Assembly: GCA_963575745.1 (NCBI GenBank)
Contig: CAUYUJ010000323.1
Coordinates: forward strand, 1 to 64,000
DNA length: 64,000 bases
From: Prorocentrum cordatum
Taxonomy: Eukaryota
Direction: 5' to 3'
Shown here piece after piece: positions 37,880 through 52,078 of this stretch (its first letter is position 1; each line of letters opens with the position of its first letter). The position numbers were made by a program, and so were the translations under genes. Below the pieces are notes generated by a model. That model was not told where the DNA came from. It ran no database searches and worked only from the letters and a program-made list of their open reading frames with translations.

Positions 37880-40066
37880 AAACTAACAGCTTCAGACTCC
37901 TCATCCGATCCAGGTGGCACGAATTCCCTCGGCTCGGGATCTGGAGTCGGATCATACCCACAAGCCGCCGGAGTCGGAGGTCCATGCTGGGTTCCCTGGG
38001 GGCTGTCCTCTGGGTCCTTGAGAAATCGATGGATCTCCGGATCAGCACGTGTGATTCCCTGCTTCCAACTCTTGTGTACATAGTCGGTGGCAGGAGCTAT
38101 TTCACTATCTACATGCTTGATAAAGAACTGCCGAAGGTCATCAGTGAGGGCAGGGTCGGAGTCGGACACGACATCTGCATCATTGGCACTTGCATATATT
38201 TTGGACATGGAGGCTGCAATTGAAGCCGCAATCTTATTGCACGTCTCCGAGGGATACGTCTTTTTGGCGTGGGTTCTGAATTGTGCGGCCCCTCCCTTGT
38301 CATCAGTCTACTTCCCACGCAAAATCTTGTGAGCTCCTTTGGGGTGGTGGCACCACCCCTTCCTCGGGCTGTCGGTCAGCCTGCGGGCAAGGCAGTCCAT
38401 GCGCAAGTCCAGCAGCCTGGTGGGCGCGCGCCCATATTCACTGCCACATCGTGTAGCAGGCTCATGCACACATTGATCAAAATCTGCCGTGACAACGTTG
38501 GGCGCTGAAGAGAGGGTTTCCAGAGGTTCCCATTGAAAGCTGCTGGGAGTTTGAGTGCGCCAATCGGGGGAAAGTGGGTGCTCCATCCACCCCGAGGTCC
38601 CCGCAACAACATGACAGCCCAAGAGGTACACCAGATGCTGTAGTAGTGTATTCCCTACCCTAAGCTGCTGTGCCTGTCTGTCCGTAGCCCAAGGGACGCC
38701 CCAATACCATTCGTGTGTATGTAAGGGGGGGGGGGGGCCACCGTCCAGCCATCTGGCCGCACTCCATGTTTCACACGGGCCCCCCCCCTGTGTTCCAAAC
38801 TCGTCGTCACAGGATGTGCTCTCCCCACTGTTGGATAGTAGTAGTCTTCGTAAGATCACCGAGGGTAGAGTTTATGCCAATGTAAACACTCAACATACAT
38901 ACCTGGAAGTCCGTTTGTGTGTGCATGCCGTCCAGCCAATACTGTACATATCCTTCCTTCCTCCTGCCTGAAAGCAAGTTCAAGATGAACACTTCAGCTC
39001 GATGGATACGGCATGGTATCCACTCTGCCGCACTCCCTTGAAAGTCGTGAGACCGATACTTGTAGTGTCGATCTGCATAGAGGGGCTGGTCCTGGGAAGG
39101 CTCCTCTGGGGGATCGTCGAAGAGGGCCTGATAGGCCTGGAGGGTGTCGGGGCTGAGTTCGTAGGCGACCTGCTGTATGAGAGTCCTGGCCTCGGCTGCG
39201 CTGAAAGTGGCGGCTGCAAGCATGGCGGATGGATATAGACCGTCCTCGGGAAACTGTACCGATGCTGGGAAAGCTGCTCTCCAGCGTCCTAGACCGGATG
39301 TCTTCTGAGCTGCGTGATTGACCGTGTCGGCAAGGCGCAGTTCCTCGGCTCTGTCAGGGGTGACCGCAGCTCCGTGCATCATGTACGCTAGTTGGCACAA
39401 TGGTGCATCGAACGCGAGGTGGTCTCGCAATTGCCTTCTTGCTGCGAATGACATCGAGATTGCCATGCACGTACTGCCCTCCCCCATAAAACGTGAGATA
39501 AGGTGTGCTGCACTGTAGTGTCCGCGCACGATGTGCTGACGTGTGCTCTTGGCCGACGTACCCAAGAAATCACACCACATACATTGTAGGCTGGAATTGA
39601 ACACCTTAGGGGGGTAAATGGCATGCGTGGGGTCGGTGATAGGAGCTGGCACGCCCGCTGGCCTGACTAGAGAAAAGAAGTCGCTCTGTGCCTGCTGGGC
39701 CAGTGCAGCTCGAGCTGCTGCCCGAGCATGGGCCCTGAGGGCACTGTTGAGCGCGTGCTTCCATGCTGGCAGAGATGTCTGGATAGTCTCCTCCCACTTC
39801 GCAAAGTGTGTGTGTGTGTGTGTGTCTGGGTCAGGCATGTCACGAAACTTGTGGAATGTAGTGCGCAACCACTCCAAGCCCTCCAGAATTCGATGCATCC
39901 AGGAAGTGCGACGCCCTTGTGATACCCTGTACACATCTGTGACCAAGCTGCGCAGGGTGGGCGTGCCGTAGTGTATGAGCCGTCCCAGGATACGCAACCG
40001 ATGCACTCGAAGCACCGCGCGCAGGTCAGCTCTCTCTACCTTGGCAAGTATCAGTCTATCGGGGAC
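37880..40066 (-). mobile_element. 5'-truncated LINE 3' portion carrying Zn fingers and a C5 DNA methyltransferase (LINE-DNMT)
   Basis: Post-RT LINE signature DRLILAKVE...LRVHRLRILGRL; C2H2-like CMWC...HIVRGH; followed by a DNMT domain. RT itself is absent. Confidence 0.8.
38205..38995 (-). pseudogene. Cytosine-5 DNA methyltransferase domain (disrupted)
   Basis: Motif I ILNLLSG; motif IV GGPCETWS (Cys codon at 38773-38775); motif VI WMEHP; motif VIII FDQC...APTRL; C-terminal KTYPSETC. Frameshift near 38800 and TAG at 38308. Confidence 0.82.
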
Positions 40067-40678
40067 TGCATCTGCATCTGAGGATGGGGGCGGAGGAGGG
40101 GGGGGGGGCGGAGAACGGGAGTGGGGGGCGGAGAACGGGAGTGGGGGGCGGAGGAGGAGGAGGGGGGGAGCGCGAGAGGGGGGGTTGGAGGAACCGCCGC
40201 CCCGTGCGCGAGAGCGCCGCGCGAGAAGGCCCGCGGGGCCCGCGGCCCATCGGAGTGCCAGGCGGGTCGATGCGGCCGCCAGCCGTGTCTCTCGCCCTCC
40301 ACCTCGCTCGCGGCTCGCCGCCCCGTGGCGGCCCCAGCTCCCACCGCCCTTGCATTGCTAGATTCCTAGGGAGTCTTAGCCCCCTGCGCCCCCCCCCACA
40401 CCCCGTCGATCGTGATTGACAATTCGTTGGTTGACACGAGAAAACAAACACTACGAGTGCAACCACCTTCCAGTCAAGACTCCGAGAAAGGACCGCGTCA
40501 GGCTCAGGAGGGGCTCTGCTTTTCGGGCCGTTCCTCAGGTGTAGAGGCCGATTCGTGGCAGAGGATCGCCGTGGCCACAGAAACCGTGTTGTTCCTGATT
40601 CAGCGTCCTTTGTGGTAGCTTGACCAGACCGCTAGATTGACCAGAGACCGCGCAGAATGGTTCGCCCTGGGGTTGCGC

Positions 40679-40882
40679 CGGACCACGCCGGACCCACCGG
40701 ACCCACCGGACCCGCCGGACCCACCCGACCCACCGGACCCACCGGACCCACCAGACCCACCGGACCCACCAGACCCACCGGACCCACCGGACCCACCAGA
40801 CCCACCGGACCCACCGGACCCACTGGACCCACCGGACCCACCGGACCCACCGGACCCACCGACCCACCGGACCCACTGGACC
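40679..40882 (+). repeat. (GGACCCACC)n 9-bp tandem repeat
   Basis: Directly visible. Confidence 0.95.
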
Positions 40883-41147
40883 TGAAGATCCGATCCCAAC
40901 GTTGATGCACATGATGAAGATGATGTCGATGATGGCGATGATGATGTCGGCGACGACGAGCATGTTGTCAATGGTCAAGATGATGAAGTTGATACTGCTG
41001 GTAATGTTAATGATGTTGTTGACTATGATAACGAAGATGATGATGATAATGCTGGTGATTAAGATAATCATGATGGGTACCGACTTCACCATGACCGTCA
41101 TGATCATCATGACCGTCCTCGTCCCCACTATAGAACGATTCTCGCGC

Positions 41148-41881
41148 GCCGGACACCGGACACTGGACACCGGACACCGGACACCGGACACCGGACACCG
41201 GGCACCGGACACCGGACACCGGACACCGGACACTGGCCACCAGCCACTGGCCACCGGACACCAGACACCGGACACCGGACACCGGACACCCGACACCGGA
41301 CACCGGCCACCAGCCACCGGCCACCGGACACCGGACACAGGACACCGGACACCGGACACCGGGCACCGGACACCAAACACCGCGCACCAGACACCGGACA
41401 CCGGAGCCATCGGACACAGGACACCGGAAACCAGACACCGGACACCGGACACCGGACACCGGGCACCGGACACCAGACATTGTTGGACACCGGACACCGG
41501 ACACCGGACACCGGACACTGGGCACCGGACACCAGACACCGGACACCGGACGCCAGACACCGGCCACCCGCCACCGGACACCAGACACCGGACACCGGAC
41601 ACCGGACACCGGACACCGGACACCGCGCACTAGACACCAACGGACACCGGACACCGGACATCAGACACCGGACGCCGGACGCTGGACGCCGGACGCCGGA
41701 TGCCGGATGCCGGAAACCGGACATCGGACATCGGACACCCGGTTTCCGGACACCGGACATTGGACACCCGGTTTCCGGACACCGGACACCGGACGCCAGA
41801 TGTTGGACGCCAGACGCCGGATGCCGGACACCCGACACCCGACACCGGACTTTGGACACCGGACACCGGACACCGGACACC
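41148..41881 (+). repeat. (GACACCG)n 7-bp tandem repeat
   Basis: Directly visible. Confidence 0.95.
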
Positions 41882-41884
41882 GTT

Positions 41885-42163
41885 GCTTGGTCGTTTGGTT
41901 GGTTGGTTGGTGGGTTGGTTGCTTGGCCGGTTGGTTGGTTGGTTTGCCGCTTGGTTGGTTGGTTGGTTGGCACGTTGGTCGGTTCGTTGGTTGGTTGGCC
42001 AGCTGGCTGGTTGGTTTGTTTGTCGGTTGGCTGGTTGATTGGCCGGTTTCATTACAAACAGCTTGGTTGGTTGGTTGGTTGCTTGGCAGGTTGGCCAGTG
42101 CGTTGGCTGGTTGGCCGATTGGCCGGTTGGCGGGTTGGTTGGCCGGTTGGCCGGTTGGTTGGC
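41885..42163 (+). repeat. (TTGG)n degenerate microsatellite
   Basis: Directly visible. Confidence 0.9.
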
Positions 42164-42499
42164 AGGAAACTTCTGGTTTTTTGTTGAATTTCCAGACGGG
42201 ATTCTGTTTTGTAAGCAGGAAGCTATGGCCTTTTTTTGAATTTTCAGGCCGGGGTCCGAATTCTGACAGAATCGATTGGCATAATCTTCATCTACTGTTC
42301 TGTAAGCAGGAAACTATGGCCTTTTTTTGAATTTTCGGGTCGGGCTCCGTATTCTCATAGACAATCGTTTGGCACTTTCATTCTCTATTGTTCTGAAAGC
42401 AGGAAACTATGCTCTTGTATTGTATTTCCAGGCGGGTGCTCGGGGTTTTACAGAGAATGGCTAAGCGTATTCACTTCATATTATGTTGCAAATGCTTAG

Positions 42500-43790
42500 C
42501 GCAAGCGAACATGTAAGTAATTCAATAGTTGTCTAATTATTTATTTAATTATTTGCGTGGTTCCCTTGCTCAGTTAACCATTGGCACTGTGTGGAGGAGG
42601 CGCGGAACGATGCGGATCGGATGATCATCTAAATGATTATTACAATGAGCATGCAAGCCAACATGTCAATAATTAAATATTTATTCAATTTTTTATTCAA
42701 TTATTTGCGTGGTTCCCTTGCTCATTTGATCCTTGACACTGCGTGGGGGGAGGCGCGGAAAGATGGCGGGTTTAATGCTGATCAAAATGATTATTTCGAT
42801 GAGCGCGCAAGCGAACATGTAAATAATGGAATAATTATTTAATCATTTATTTAATTATTTGCGCGGTTCCCTTGCTCATTCAACCAATGGCACTGTGTGG
42901 CGGGGGCGCGGAACGATGGCGGATTGAATGCTAATCAACATGATTATTTCGATGAGCACGCAAGCGAACATGTAAAACATTAAATAATTATTTAATTATG
43001 TATTCAATTATTTGCGTGGTTCCCTTGCTCATTCAACCCATGGCACTGTGTGGCGGGGGCGCGGAACGATGACTGATTGAATGCTAATCAAAATGATTAT
43101 TTTGACGAGCACGTAAGCGAACATGTAAATAAGTGAATTAAATAATGAACTAACTATTTACTTAATTATTTGCGTGGTTCCTTTGCTCATTTAACTATTG
43201 GCACTGCGTGGAGGAGGCGCGGAACGATGACGGATTGAATGCTACTCAAAATGGCTACTTCCAATGAGCACGCAAGCGAACATGTAGATAATTAAATAAT
43301 TCTTTAGTTATTTATTTGATTATTTGCGTGGGTCCCTTGCTCATTTAAGCATTGGCACTGCGTGGAGGAGGCGCGTAACGATGCGGATCGGATGAGAATC
43401 TAAATGATTATTGCAATGAACACGCAAGCGAACATGTAAATAATTAAATAATTATTTATTTATTTATTTAATTATTTGCGTGGTTCCCGTGCTCATTTGA
43501 GCATTGGCACTGTGCGGACGAGGCGCGGAACGATGCAGGTTGAATGCTAAGCAAAATTGTTATTTCAATGAGCACGCAAGCGAACATGTAAGTAATTAAA
43601 TAACTATTTAATTATTGATTTAATTATTTGCGTGGTTCCCTTGCTCATTTAAGCATTGGCACTGTGTGGAGGAGGCGCGGAACGATGACGGTGGAGAGGT
43701 AGGTGTATGAAACATTGAATGCTAATCAAAATGGTTATTTAAATGAGCACGCAATCCAACGTTTAAATAATTAAAAGATTATTTCAATGA
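42500..43790 (+). repeat. AT-rich ~153-bp tandem satellite, ~8.5 units
   Basis: GCAAGCGAACATGTAA...TTATTTGCGTGGTTCCCTTGCTCA...GGCGCGGAACGATG recurs about every 152-159 bp. Confidence 0.95.
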
Positions 43791-44085
43791 GCACTGCGAA
43801 CCCCATGGGCCATACGAGCGCTATGAACCCCTGAGGGCCTTACGAACCCTACGAGCCCTATGAGACCGGTGAGCCTTATGAGCCCTATGAGCTCCATGAG
43901 CCCTACGAGCCCCATGAGTCTTCTGAGCCCAATGAGCCCTAGGAGTCGCATGAGCACTACGAGTTCTGTGATCCTTTGAGCTCTACGAGTCCTGTGATCC
44001 CTGTGAGCGCTATAAGGCCTGAGCCCTATGAGCCCCATGAGGCCTATGAGACCTATTAGCCCTATAAGATCTACAAGCCCTATGT
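43790..44085 (+). repeat. Degenerate (GAGCCCTAT)n 9-bp repeat
   Basis: Directly visible. Confidence 0.85.
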
Positions 44086-44294
44086 GCCCTCTTCGGCTGT
44101 ATTGGCGGCCTCTTGAGCTGTCTGGTTGCCGTCTTAGTGGACTCCTGAGCCATCATGTGCGTGAAGGAGTGGAAAGAGAGGATGCGGGGAGTGGAGAAGA
44201 GAGGAGAAGGAGAGCGGAGAGGGAGATAGGGCGGGGAGTGGAAGAAGGAGGGGGCAGAATGGAGAGGGAGATAGGATGAGAGCGATCGATAATC

Positions 44295-45053
44295 GTGATG
44301 CTGATGACGATGATGATGATGGTGCTGATGATCATGATCATGATCATGATGCTGATGATGGTGATGATGATGATCATGATGATGATGGTGATCATGATCA
44401 TGATGATCATGATCATGATGATAAACCTGATGACGATGATGGTGTTCATGATGATGGTGATGTTGATGATGCTGCTGATGATGATGCTGATCATGATGCT
44501 GATGACGGTGGTGATGACGATGATGTCAATGATGATAATGAGAACGATGGTGATGGCCATGACGACGGCAATAACAATGATGATGTCATGGTGATAGTTT
44601 GCAACTGTTGATGCTGATGATGATCATCAGGATGATGGTGATGATGAGGCCAGTAACGATGATGATGGTGATGATGATCATGATGATGATGCGCTTATGC
44701 CGGCAGACATTGAAGGCACTGCGAACAAGCCACCGCTGATGATACGAACTTGGCCCGATTCGTATCCTGGGGCCTGGCCACATTGGATGATACGAGATAT
44801 TGGCCTAACTCGTATCTTAGAGTATCTACACTGATGATGATGATGTTGATGATCATGATGATGATCATCATGATGGGGATGAAATCGCTGATCATGGTGA
44901 CGATGATGACCGTGATGAGGATGATGGTGAACATGATGATGATCATGAGTATGACCACTTCAATGACAGTGCTGATGATCAAGATGATTGTGATGGTGGT
45001 GATGATGGTGACCATGATGATCATGATGATGATGACGACCATGATCATGATGG
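44295..45053. repeat. Degenerate (GAT)n microsatellite
   Basis: Directly visible. Confidence 0.9.
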
Positions 45054-45188
45054 CAGTTTGGAAGGGAGATCAGGATCGTGAGGAAGATTAGGAAGGATAT
45101 TTGGAGGGGAAGGATCACCAGTAGCAGCAGCAACAGCAGCAGGAGCAGTCATGATTTTCTCGGTTGCTCGTTGGTGTAGTTGTCCGCA

Positions 45189-45209
45189 TCCGTAGGTTTT
45201 TGTCTCGAG
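45189..45209 (+). other. Relic spliced leader upstream of a small ORF
   Basis: TCCGTAG-GTTTTTGTCTCGAG vs TCCGTAGCCATTTTGGCTCAAG, 17/22 with one gap, ending 35 nt before the ATG at 45244. Confidence 0.55.
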
Positions 45210-45243
45210 CTGGATTTTTTGGAACTGAAGAAGTGCGTGGGCC

Positions 45244-45774
45244 ATGGGTGGGGCTTTCAAACAGCTAGAGCAACGGGTCCTCAAGTTGATCACCAAGGAG
45301 GCTAGTCTGCTGGCGCGTCTCAAGAACGTGCGCGCCAAGAAGAAGCGCGCGCAGGAGAGGCTGACATCGAACGGCGTTCCTTCGTTTTCTTTTTCCTCTT
45401 CGTCTTCCTCTTCCTCAGCCGCCGCGCCGGGTTCTGAGGGCCACTCCGCTGCGGAGTATCAGGCGCCCTCTCCCCTCCTAGCCCTGCCTGCTCCTGCCGC
45501 CCCTTTACCTGCTCCTGTCGAGCCAGCGCCTGCTTCTGCTTCCGCGCCGCTTGCCGCCGTAGTCGCGTCAGCGTCCGTCGCGCCAGCGCCTGCTTCTGCT
45601 GCGCCGGCGGCGCTTGCCTCCCAGCCCGCGCCGCCGCCCAAGCGCAAGCCTGGCCGGCCGCCCCTGTACCTGGTGCCAGAAGGGGAGTGCAAGCTTCGCT
45701 TTTTCAAGCAGCGCGGGCTGCCCTTCGCAGGGCGCGCGCACGCGGACTGGTGCTCCCGCCCGTCCCGCTTCTGA
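45244..45774 (+). CDS. 176-aa hypothetical protein: basic coiled coil, Ala/Pro linker, AT-hook, Cys/His C-terminus; probable retrogene
   Basis: Intact ATG-to-TGA ORF with GCCATGG context; KRKPGRPP at 45640-45663; upstream SL relic; A-rich remnant near 45820. Confidence 0.6.
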   Translation: MGGAFKQLEQRVLKLITKEASLLARLKNVRAKKKRAQERLTSNGVPSFSFSSSSSSSSAAAPGSEGHSAAEYQAPSPLLALPAPAAPLPAPVEPAPASASAPLAAVVASASVAPAPASAAPAALASQPAPPPKRKPGRPPLYLVPEGECKLRFFKQRGLPFAGRAHADWCSRPSRF

Positions 45775-45951
45775 GGCCGCGCCACGGCCTCTCCTCGCTA
45801 ACGCTCCTTTGCATGTCACAGAAAAAGACAGATGGCCGCTAGCATTCTTGATGTCTCTCTTTCTTTCTGTCTTATGTCCTGCCTCTCTGTCTTTTTGCTT
45901 TATGTTTATTTCTTGTTAGTTCTTTATGTCTTTCTGTTTTTTTATTCCTGT

Positions 45952-47796
<1,845 letters not shown>

Positions 47797-49438
47797 GGGA
47801 GGACGTGATGGCCGCTGCCTTGGCGCAGTGCCCTGTCGGCGACTTGCTCGAGGTGGGCACGCCGAGATCCAGGGTTCAGTGGCACGCGCCGCCGTCGGCG
47901 GCGGCCGGGCGCGAGGCCATGGTCAAGCGGCGCAATCTCCTGGTGGACATGTGCAGGCTTACAGGCCGCGAGGTGAGGGCCCTCTTGCAGCGGGCCCAGG
48001 CCCCCGCGACAAGCGGGTAGCTATCCGCTCGCTTCGTGGCACCCCGCGTTTGGAACGCTAGTCAAGCAGACGCGCTGCGCTCGAACCGGCGGGGAGCTGG
48101 TGCGGCCGTATTCGGCCAGCAGCGCGATTCCAGATCGCCCGATGGGCCGTCGGGCGACGATTTTGATCGCCCTACGCCACGCGGCACCTCTCCCAGGCCC
48201 ATTGGGGCGCGATTTTGAACAAATCAGGTTGCGCGGCATCTCCCCCGGGTGTCTCCGGCCACAGTGCGCCGCTTCGGGCAATCGCCTGGAGAAGATGAGG
48301 CATTGCGCTTTATCGCGGGTCCCGCCATGCAACAGGTCTCGCGATGGAGTCGCTTAAGACGCTGCCAGTGAATTTCTAACGGCACGTTCGCATGTGCTTC
48401 AACAGTTTTTCAATGCATACTCTCTTAGATGCGCTACAATCGCTTGCTTGACATGCGCAGGCGCAGGCTGCAGGTTCACAGGCCGCGACGCGAGGCCTGC
48501 GGGGCGAGCGCAAGGCATCGGGCGGTGACTCACGTTGCCCAGGGTCTTCGTCGCGCGGGCGCGGGCGCGCGGCCCGCGCTTGCCGCTCTCGCGACGCAGG
48601 CGTGCCCCGCTCAGTTTGCTGGCGGCGTTTCCCCGTCGGCCGGACCTGCGTTCGCGACCCCCCGTCGCCCAGGGCTACTTCGGCGCGGCGGGTCCGTGCT
48701 GGGCCGCAGTCTTCCCCTCGCGATGCTTTCAGACATTTTGCTTCTCGCGCCCTGCCCCCTTCTCCACCGGCGTCGCCCCCTTGCGCAGCCCTCGCGCTGG
48801 GCGGCGCCCATGTGGCCCGGCGCCATTTTGCTATGCAGACGACCGAGGATGGCCTTTGCGGAGCCATATGAGCACGGCGCGGGCATGCCGGAGCCCCTTG
48901 GCATCGCGGGCCGGGCGAGCTAGACGGTGGCCGAGGATTCGCTTCAGGACAGGAAACCATATCCATCTACGCCCCCATCCCGTTGCGTTCCCCGAGCACC
49001 ACGCAAGTGAAAGCGGCGCGACCCCGATTTGGTTATTCTTTCTTCCACGCCAGATCAACGCAGTTCAGAGCAACGCGACGAAATGCAAAGATATGCGCTG
49101 CACAGAGCAGGGATACGCTAAGCGAAATTGTGGAACCGAAAGGGCAGTAGACAATTGGGGAGCCAGAGTGGCAAGAGACATTTGAGGAACCATGGGGGCG
49201 AGAGACGCGCGGATGGGAAACCGAGGGGGCGAGTGACAAGTAGGGCAGCAAGAGGAGTCAACCCAGACAAGCCCGTGCAACGCGGGCAGCAAGCCGGGGG
49301 GGGCTGGCCAGCGCATTCTGGGCCCTTGTCAGTTCTTTGAGAACAAGTTCGAACCCTTTGGGCAAAGTCTCCTGGGGGGGCATTCGAGTTCAGACCGCCT
49401 CTAGGTAGCCCCTGAGCCGCCGACTCATTTCCGACGCC

Positions 49439-49457
49439 CCGTAGTTTTGGGCTCAAG
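49439..49457 (+). other. Relic spliced leader upstream of the transposase
   Basis: CCGTAG---TTTTGGGCTCAAG retains both SL ends; ends 36 nt before the ATG at 49493. Confidence 0.65.
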
Positions 49458-49492
49458 TTGCGCGGCCTGCCCCGCGCGTGGCCGCGCAACTG

Positions 49493-51726
49493 ATGGACCC
49501 GGCCACTGAAGAACAAGCGTTGGAGTCAGCCGACGTGGCGGGGCTGCTCGCTCCCGCAGATATACAGAGACTCGCGGCTGCGGTGGCGGCACGCAGCAGC
49601 GTCGGAGAGGTCGCGCCCCCAGGGCGACACTGCCCGGCATGTTCGCATGGGCAAGTGCGCCGCAATGAAGCCGACACCGCGCTTGTTCTTGACACCGATG
49701 GGCTCCGCGAGTTCACGCATGCCCCAGTCAGGTGCCAGGCGGCGGGGTGCATTTCGCGAGGGAAGTACCAGTGGGCCAACTTTATTTCTTTGAAGAAGGG
49801 CGTCCGCAGATATGTGTGGATTTGTGATGATTGGCCGGACCCTTTCATGATTTCCCCAACGTTTGGCATTACGCAGAATTGGTTCAGACAATTTTCACGA
49901 CGCCTCGCTCATCAGCACATTTGATTTTGGGGGGAGGCTGAAGTTCATTGGCGGCCTCAATCGGGCATCTCCAAAAAGAGAATGCACGTGAAGCTGATGA
50001 AGGCGTGGTTCCTGATGCGGCTGTTGACGCGTCTGGCAGAAACGAAGGGGTCCAGGTCGCATTTGCAGCTCCGGTTGTCGGCGCCTGTCGAGCACGTCAT
50101 CCAAGCTAATTGGCCGCAATTGCAGACCCACTTGCGGAACTTTCTGCGCCGGCGCGCCGAGATCGACGGGGAGGTTTCTAAGGTCGTCATAGACGGGCAT
50201 CAGAAGCTCACCCGGAAGTGTTGCGGGTTGATGTATGGAGGCTACACCTGCGATCCAAATCTCGGCAAGGCGCGCTTGCACCCCTGCCCTGCCCCCACGA
50301 GGGGCCAGCGCGAGCGCTGGTGCACTTGCCGCGCCCGTTCGCTGGAGAAGCCCGTGCCGTTTGAGGGCGCCAAAGACGCAGACGCTTTTCTTGTCCGGCG
50401 CCGCGAATGCTTGGGGGGCACGCTGGACGACGTGCTCTGTGTGACGTCGCAGCGGCAAGGCGTCGGAGCAGTTCGAGTGGTTGACGATATTGAAGGCTGC
50501 TGGGACGCCGTCCAGTCCACTTTGGCCAGGCGCGCCGCAGATGCCGCGAAAGACGCGGCCGAGTCCCGTGCCAGCGAGGGGGCGCCGGACAAACTCAAGG
50601 CGAAATTGCCCCGGTTCCGCTTGAGAAAACGCAAAGCACCACTTGGGCCACCAGTGGCAAGACCTGGCCCGCCAGCAGATGAGGCGCCACAGGAGTTTGC
50701 TTTTGCCGCGCCCGTCCAGAGTTTGCCTGCGAGGCCGGAGAGAAAGCGCAGGTTGCCCGCTGGCCTGCGCACTTATGCGAGCTGCGGCGATGGGGCGCGC
50801 CCTTCGGCGAGCCGCGGCGATGGCAGCGCCGGCCGAGCCGCGCATGCGACGGCTGCGCAGCCTGCGCAGCCCGTAGACCCCGCGGCGGCACTTCCGGCGG
50901 TCGACGCATCACTCAGGGAGCTGGAACAGATTTCGTGCAAAACCCACAAGAGCTTTGCCAAGGGAGGGAAACGGGGCAAGCTGGAGTCCGCTTCTCTTGC
51001 AGTGCGGCGAACTGGGGGCTTTCTTGTCGCGTGCTCGCCCAGCGGGCACATTATCGACGTGGAGGAGTTCTTCGGCGTTGAAAGCTTGGCGCAGCGGTAT
51101 TGCTTTCTGGCCCGCTTGAAGAAGCGCTTCCCCGCCTTGAACGTCGTCATCCACGACGACGCCTGTCATCTCCCTCAATATAGCACCAAAAGAAAGGATC
51201 AGTCTGCCTTAGCCGCCTTGTTGGCGCACCCGCGCGTCGTATACGTGGTGGGCAGATTTCACGCCAGAGGCCATGTCGACCCATGGTGTAAGCAGCACTG
51301 CTGCCCCGACGCACCAGGCGTCAAGGAGCTCGTTGACGGCGCAAACACCAGCATCTGCGAGATTACCTTCTCTTGGGCGGCGAGGTATCTAGTTGCCTTC
51401 GGTTGCCCCGCCATCTCGGTCCGATTGCGAATGCCGCGCGCCCGAGAGCGCTCGGAAACGGGAGGGGGGGCGTATCCTTTCCTGTTTTCCAAGTAGGATG
51501 CTTGCTTGGCCATGACAAAAACCAGGCTTAGCGACTGCGCGCCAGAGGCGCGGTGGCGGATAAACACACGGTGCGAACAATGGGCCGGCATGTGGCGAAT
51601 TACTTTTTGGCCGAATGCATCGATATGCGGAACACGGTGCACTCACGAGGCCGAGGCGCAGAGCCCAGCTCTGATACTTCCGAAAGTTCCAGCGACACAG
51701 GCACCAGTTCAAGCTCTGGTCGTTGA
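49493..51726 (+). pseudogene. KDZ (Kyakuja-Dileera-Zisupton) transposase with N-terminal CxC-type Cys cluster
   Basis: CPAC...RCQAAGC cluster; VVIDGHQK (Asp codon 50192); RTGGFLVACSPSG; ES; IHDDACHL; GRFHARGH; NTSICEITFSW; C-terminal KHTVRTM...NYFL in another frame after a 173-nt insert; in-frame TGA at 49922. Confidence 0.82.
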
Positions 51727-51948
51727 ACACGTAGGATCGACTTTGGGCCGTCGTGCACGTCGTTGGCCCCCGCCCAGGGCTGCGACGCTGCCCGCAGCCG
51801 GTGGCGGGCAACAGCTCTGCACGCTGAAGCTGACGCGCGTCGGACTTGCGCGCTCCTCTCCCCCTTCCTGCCCAGGCGTCCCGCAATGGCGGTGCTTTGT
51901 AGGCATAGTGGCATTTTGCCCCAGATACTGCAACGTCAGGCCTGGCCA

Positions 51949-52078
51949 GGGCCATGAGAGCATGCCGCCCGCATGCCGCGGTTCTCCAGCAGGGCGACCC
52001 TTGCAAGCAATATAGGGCCATGAGAGCATGCCGCCCGCATGCCGCGGTTCTCCAGCAGGGCGACCCTTGCAAGCAATG
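51949..52078 (+). repeat. 66-bp tandem duplication
   Basis: GGGCCATGAGAGCATGCCGCCCGC...CTTGCAAGCAAT occurs twice. Confidence 0.9.

Noticed and set aside
43245..43260. Minus-strand GTAGCCATTTTG 12-nt SL match
   Set aside because: It lies in one satellite unit whose siblings read AAATGATTATT, so it is a chance mutational match.
47805..49185. Passenger gene (for example TET/JBP) next to the KDZ transposase
   Set aside because: GC-rich ORFs in several frames with no HxD...H...R dioxygenase or other recognisable motif.
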